Translations under genes and position numbers: made by a program | Shown here: piece by piece, positions 60,865 to 64,000 of the stretch | How positions within the stretch are numbered: position 1 is the stretch's first letter | Layout of the letters: every line of letters begins with the position of its first letter | The notes under the pieces: model-generated | The model's input: only the letters and a program-made list of their open reading frames with translations | Database searches by the model: none | What the model was told of the DNA's origin: nothing | Source: Heterodontus francisci | Taxonomy: Eukaryota | Assembly: GCF_036365525.1 (NCBI RefSeq) | Contig: NC_090371.1 | Span: forward strand, 164,225,307 to 164,289,306 | Length of the DNA stretch: 64,000 nucleotides | Direction: 5' to 3'

Positions 60865-63085
60865 TATGATTGAATTTTAATTTTAGTTTGAGGGAGAGAA
60901 GAATGGGTCCAAGACTAGTATTTTAAACTTAAATCAGTGCAATTATGAGGCCATGAAAGCGGAGCTAGCTTAAAGTGAACTGGCAAATTAGATTAAGGAC
61001 AGGTCAATAAGATACAGTGGCGGACATTTTAAGAGGATATTTCCGAATACACAAAATAGATACATTCCAAGGGGAGGACCCAGTATCTGTGGTTAACTTA
61101 AAAAAAAAAAGTTAAAGGTAGTATCAAACTTAAAGAAGAAGCATATAATTGCACAAAGATGGGTGGCAGGTCAGAAGATTAGACAGAATATTTAAAAAAA
61201 AAAGCAAAGAATGACAAAGATTGATAGAGGGAAAAATTAGAATACGAGGGAAAGCTAGCTAGAAATATAAAACATAGTAAGAGTTTCTATAGATATTTAA
61301 AAAAGAAAAGAGTTAACAAAGTGAGCATTGGTCCTATAGAAAGTGAGTCTGAGCAATTAATGATGGAAAATGAATTGAACAGTTTTTTCGCATTGGTCTT
61401 CACTGCAGAGGAAGTAACATCCCAGAAATAGCTGTAAATCAGGAAATGGAAGGGAGGGAGGAGCTCAAGAAAATTACATTCACTAGGGAAGTGGTGCTGA
61501 GCAAATTGTTGGAGCTGCAGGCTGACAAGTCCTGATGGACATCATCCTAGGGTCCTAAAAGAAGTGGCTAGTGAGATAGTTGATGCGTTGGTTTTAATTT
61601 TCCAAAATTCCCTAGATTTGGGGAAGATTCCATTCGATTGGAAAATAGCCAATGCAACTCCTTTATTCAAAAAGGGAGGGAGACAGAAAGCAGGAAACTA
61701 CAGGTCACTTAGCTTAACATCTGTCTTGGGGAAAATGTTAGAAGCTATTATTAAAGACATTACCTTGAATTTTTCCAAGTGCACTGCTATAATCAAGCAG
61801 AGTCAGCATGGTTTTGTGAAAGGGAGATCATGTTTAACCAACTTATTGGAATTCTTTGAAGAAGTAACATGTGCTGTGGATAAAGGGGAACCGGTGGATG
61901 TACTGTACTTAGATTTCCAGAAGCCATTTGATCAGGTGCCACATCAAAGGTTATTGCGGAGAATAAAAGCTCATATTGTAGGGGGTAACCTATTGGCTAA
62001 CTAACAGGAAACAAAAAGTAGGCATAAATGAGTCATTTTCTCATTTGCAAGATGTAATGAGTGGTGTGCCACCGGGATCTGTACTGAAGTCTCAACTTTT
62101 TACAATTTATATAAATGACTTGGCTGAAGAGACCGAAGGTATGGTTGCTAAATTTGCTGATGACACAAAGATAGGTAGGAAAGTAACTTGTGAAGGGCCA
62201 TAAGGAGGTTAGAAAGGGAATTAGATAGGTTAAGTGAGTGGGCAAAGATCTGGCAAATGGAGTATAATGTGGAAAAATGTGAAATTTTCCAATTTTCTTT
62301 TTGACAGGATGAATAAAAAAGCGTATTATCTAAATGGTGAGAGATTGCAGAGCTCTGAGATGCAGAGTGATCTGGGTGTCTTAGTGCATGAATTGCAATA
62401 GGTTAGTATGCAGGTTCAGCAAGAAATTAGGAAAGCTAATAGGATGTTATCGTTTATTGCGAGGGGAATTGAATACAAATATAACGAGGTTATGCTTCAG
62501 CTATACAGGGCATTGGTGAGACCACATTTGGAGTACTGTGTATAGTATTGGTCTCTTGATTTAAGGAAGGATGTAAATGCATTGGAAGCAGTTCAGAGAA
62601 GGTTTCCTAGACTAATACCTGGAATGGGTGGGTTGTCTTGCGAGGAAAGATTGGACAGGCTAGGCCTGTATCTGCTGGAGGTTAGGAGCGTAAGAGGCGA
62701 CTTGATTGAAATATATAAGATTCTGAGGGGTCTTGACAGGGTGGATGTGGAAAGGATGTTTCCTGTTGTGGGAGAATTTAGAACTAGGGGTCACTGTTTA
62801 AAAATAAGGGATTGCCCATTTAAGATAGATATGAGGAGAAATTTTCTCTCAGGGTCGTGAGTCTTTGGAACTGTTCCTCAAAAGGCAGTGGAAGCAGAGT
62901 TTTTAAATATTTTTAGGGCAGAGGTAGATAGATTCTTGATAAGCAAGAGGATGAAAGGTTATTGGGGAGTAGGTGGGAATATGGAGTCGAGGTTACAATC
63001 AGATCAGCCATGATCTTATTGAATGGCATAGCAGGCTCGAGGGGCCGAGTGGCCTACTCTTGCTCCTGATTTGTATGTTTGTATG
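60865..63085 (+). mobile_element. CR1 LINE, 3' ~2.2 kb, decayed
   Basis: DWKIANATPLFKKG, QHGFVKGRSCLTNLLEFFE, YLDFQKPFD; GTATGTTTGTATGT tail. Confidence 0.9.
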
Positions 63086-64000
63086 TACCTTACCAGATGC
63101 AAAGCATTACTGATGCTAGGTCCAGAAAACTTTGCTACAGCTTCCTTATTTAGTTGATGCGTATTATCTGCTGCACATTGCTTGTTTCCTTGATTTTAAA
63201 TGTTCAGGATAAATTTTGATATTGCATCACATTGATTTAAATTGAAGATGGATTCATTGATTTAAAAGCTACTGGTAAAAGGTTTATGACTTGCAGAACC
63301 GTTTTATCCTGTTAGTAGACTTTGAACTAGCTAACTAGTATTTTTATATTGTATATGTCTGTATGTGGTGATATTTCTATTATGTTTAATTGTATGTTGA
63401 GAAAAGTATTTGTGTGTGTGTGATAGGAAATTGCTACACAATCATAACATTGCATGAGGTTATTTGATTTGATAGAGATTATTTTCCAATGGTTTTTGAT
63501 GGTCTTTGGATTTAAAAACCAGTGTTTTGACACAGGAAAGGGGTATTTTTGATGTCTGGACATATTGTGCATTCTTCTAAAAATAAGTTTGTACTGGAAT
63601 TGCGATACATGAATTTTGCACTGCTGTATTGATTTTTTTTTTTGTTCTTTAAAGTGCCAGAAACGCATGAACTAAATTGACTATTCTTAAGGGCATCTAA
63701 CTCATCTACATTATTATTGTGTTTTATGTATATCTTCTGCTTTTAATATTTATCATATGTTGCAGTTCACTTACTATTCTTGTATTATAGTTAATAGTAA
63801 CTGGTCTGCAAACCTAAGATCTATGTGGTAATAGCTGCCATGTCAGAGAATTTGACTCTAGAAACTTTTTTTTTTAAATTTAAAAAGCAAGATCCCAGAT
63901 TGAAATTTGAACTTTAAGATGTATTATCTGCTATGTACTTGAAAAAGTTAAAATCAGATTTATTTTTAAAATAATTCTTGCAATTTTTTAGCTACTAAAA

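Noticed and set aside
49458-64000. RAB28 exon 5 and later exons
   Set aside because: No segment encoding the expected DLEHMR-type peptide with splice sites was found by eye; presumably beyond the window.
1-64000. CRISPR arrays, operons, retrons or other prokaryotic RT systems
   Set aside because: The window is intron-rich vertebrate DNA; all RT-like ORFs fit non-LTR or Penelope retroelements, and no regularly spaced repeat array was seen.

Overview
Eukaryotic (vertebrate) genomic DNA, most likely from a cartilaginous fish/shark, judged from HE1-type V-SINEs, Deu-type SINEs and abundant CR1 and Penelope-like retroelements. The only host gene I can support is RAB28 (ciliary Rab GTPase) on the + strand: coding exons 1-4 at 9030-9104, 9243-9339, 23279-23367 and 49328-49457, with two candidate RFX X-boxes upstream; later exons were not found in the window. 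The rest is mostly nested transposon sequence: decayed CR1 LINEs, Penelope-like elements whose termini carry minimal hammerhead ribozyme motifs, solo LTRs, hAT and Harbinger-type MITEs, SINEs and two adjacent 5'-inverted RTE LINEs. Two observations stand out. (1) A ~3.2 kb LINE with no ORF1 begins with a tRNA-type A/B-box head and has no TTTT run on its sense strand, which suggests an RNA polymerase III-transcribed, protein-coding retrotransposon. (2) A young RTE has its endonuclease half inverted between perfect 141-bp inverted repeats, so a single flip would restore an intact ~1063-aa ORF. All coordinates and comparisons were made by eye; repeat boundaries are approximate unless a target-site duplication (TSD) is quoted.
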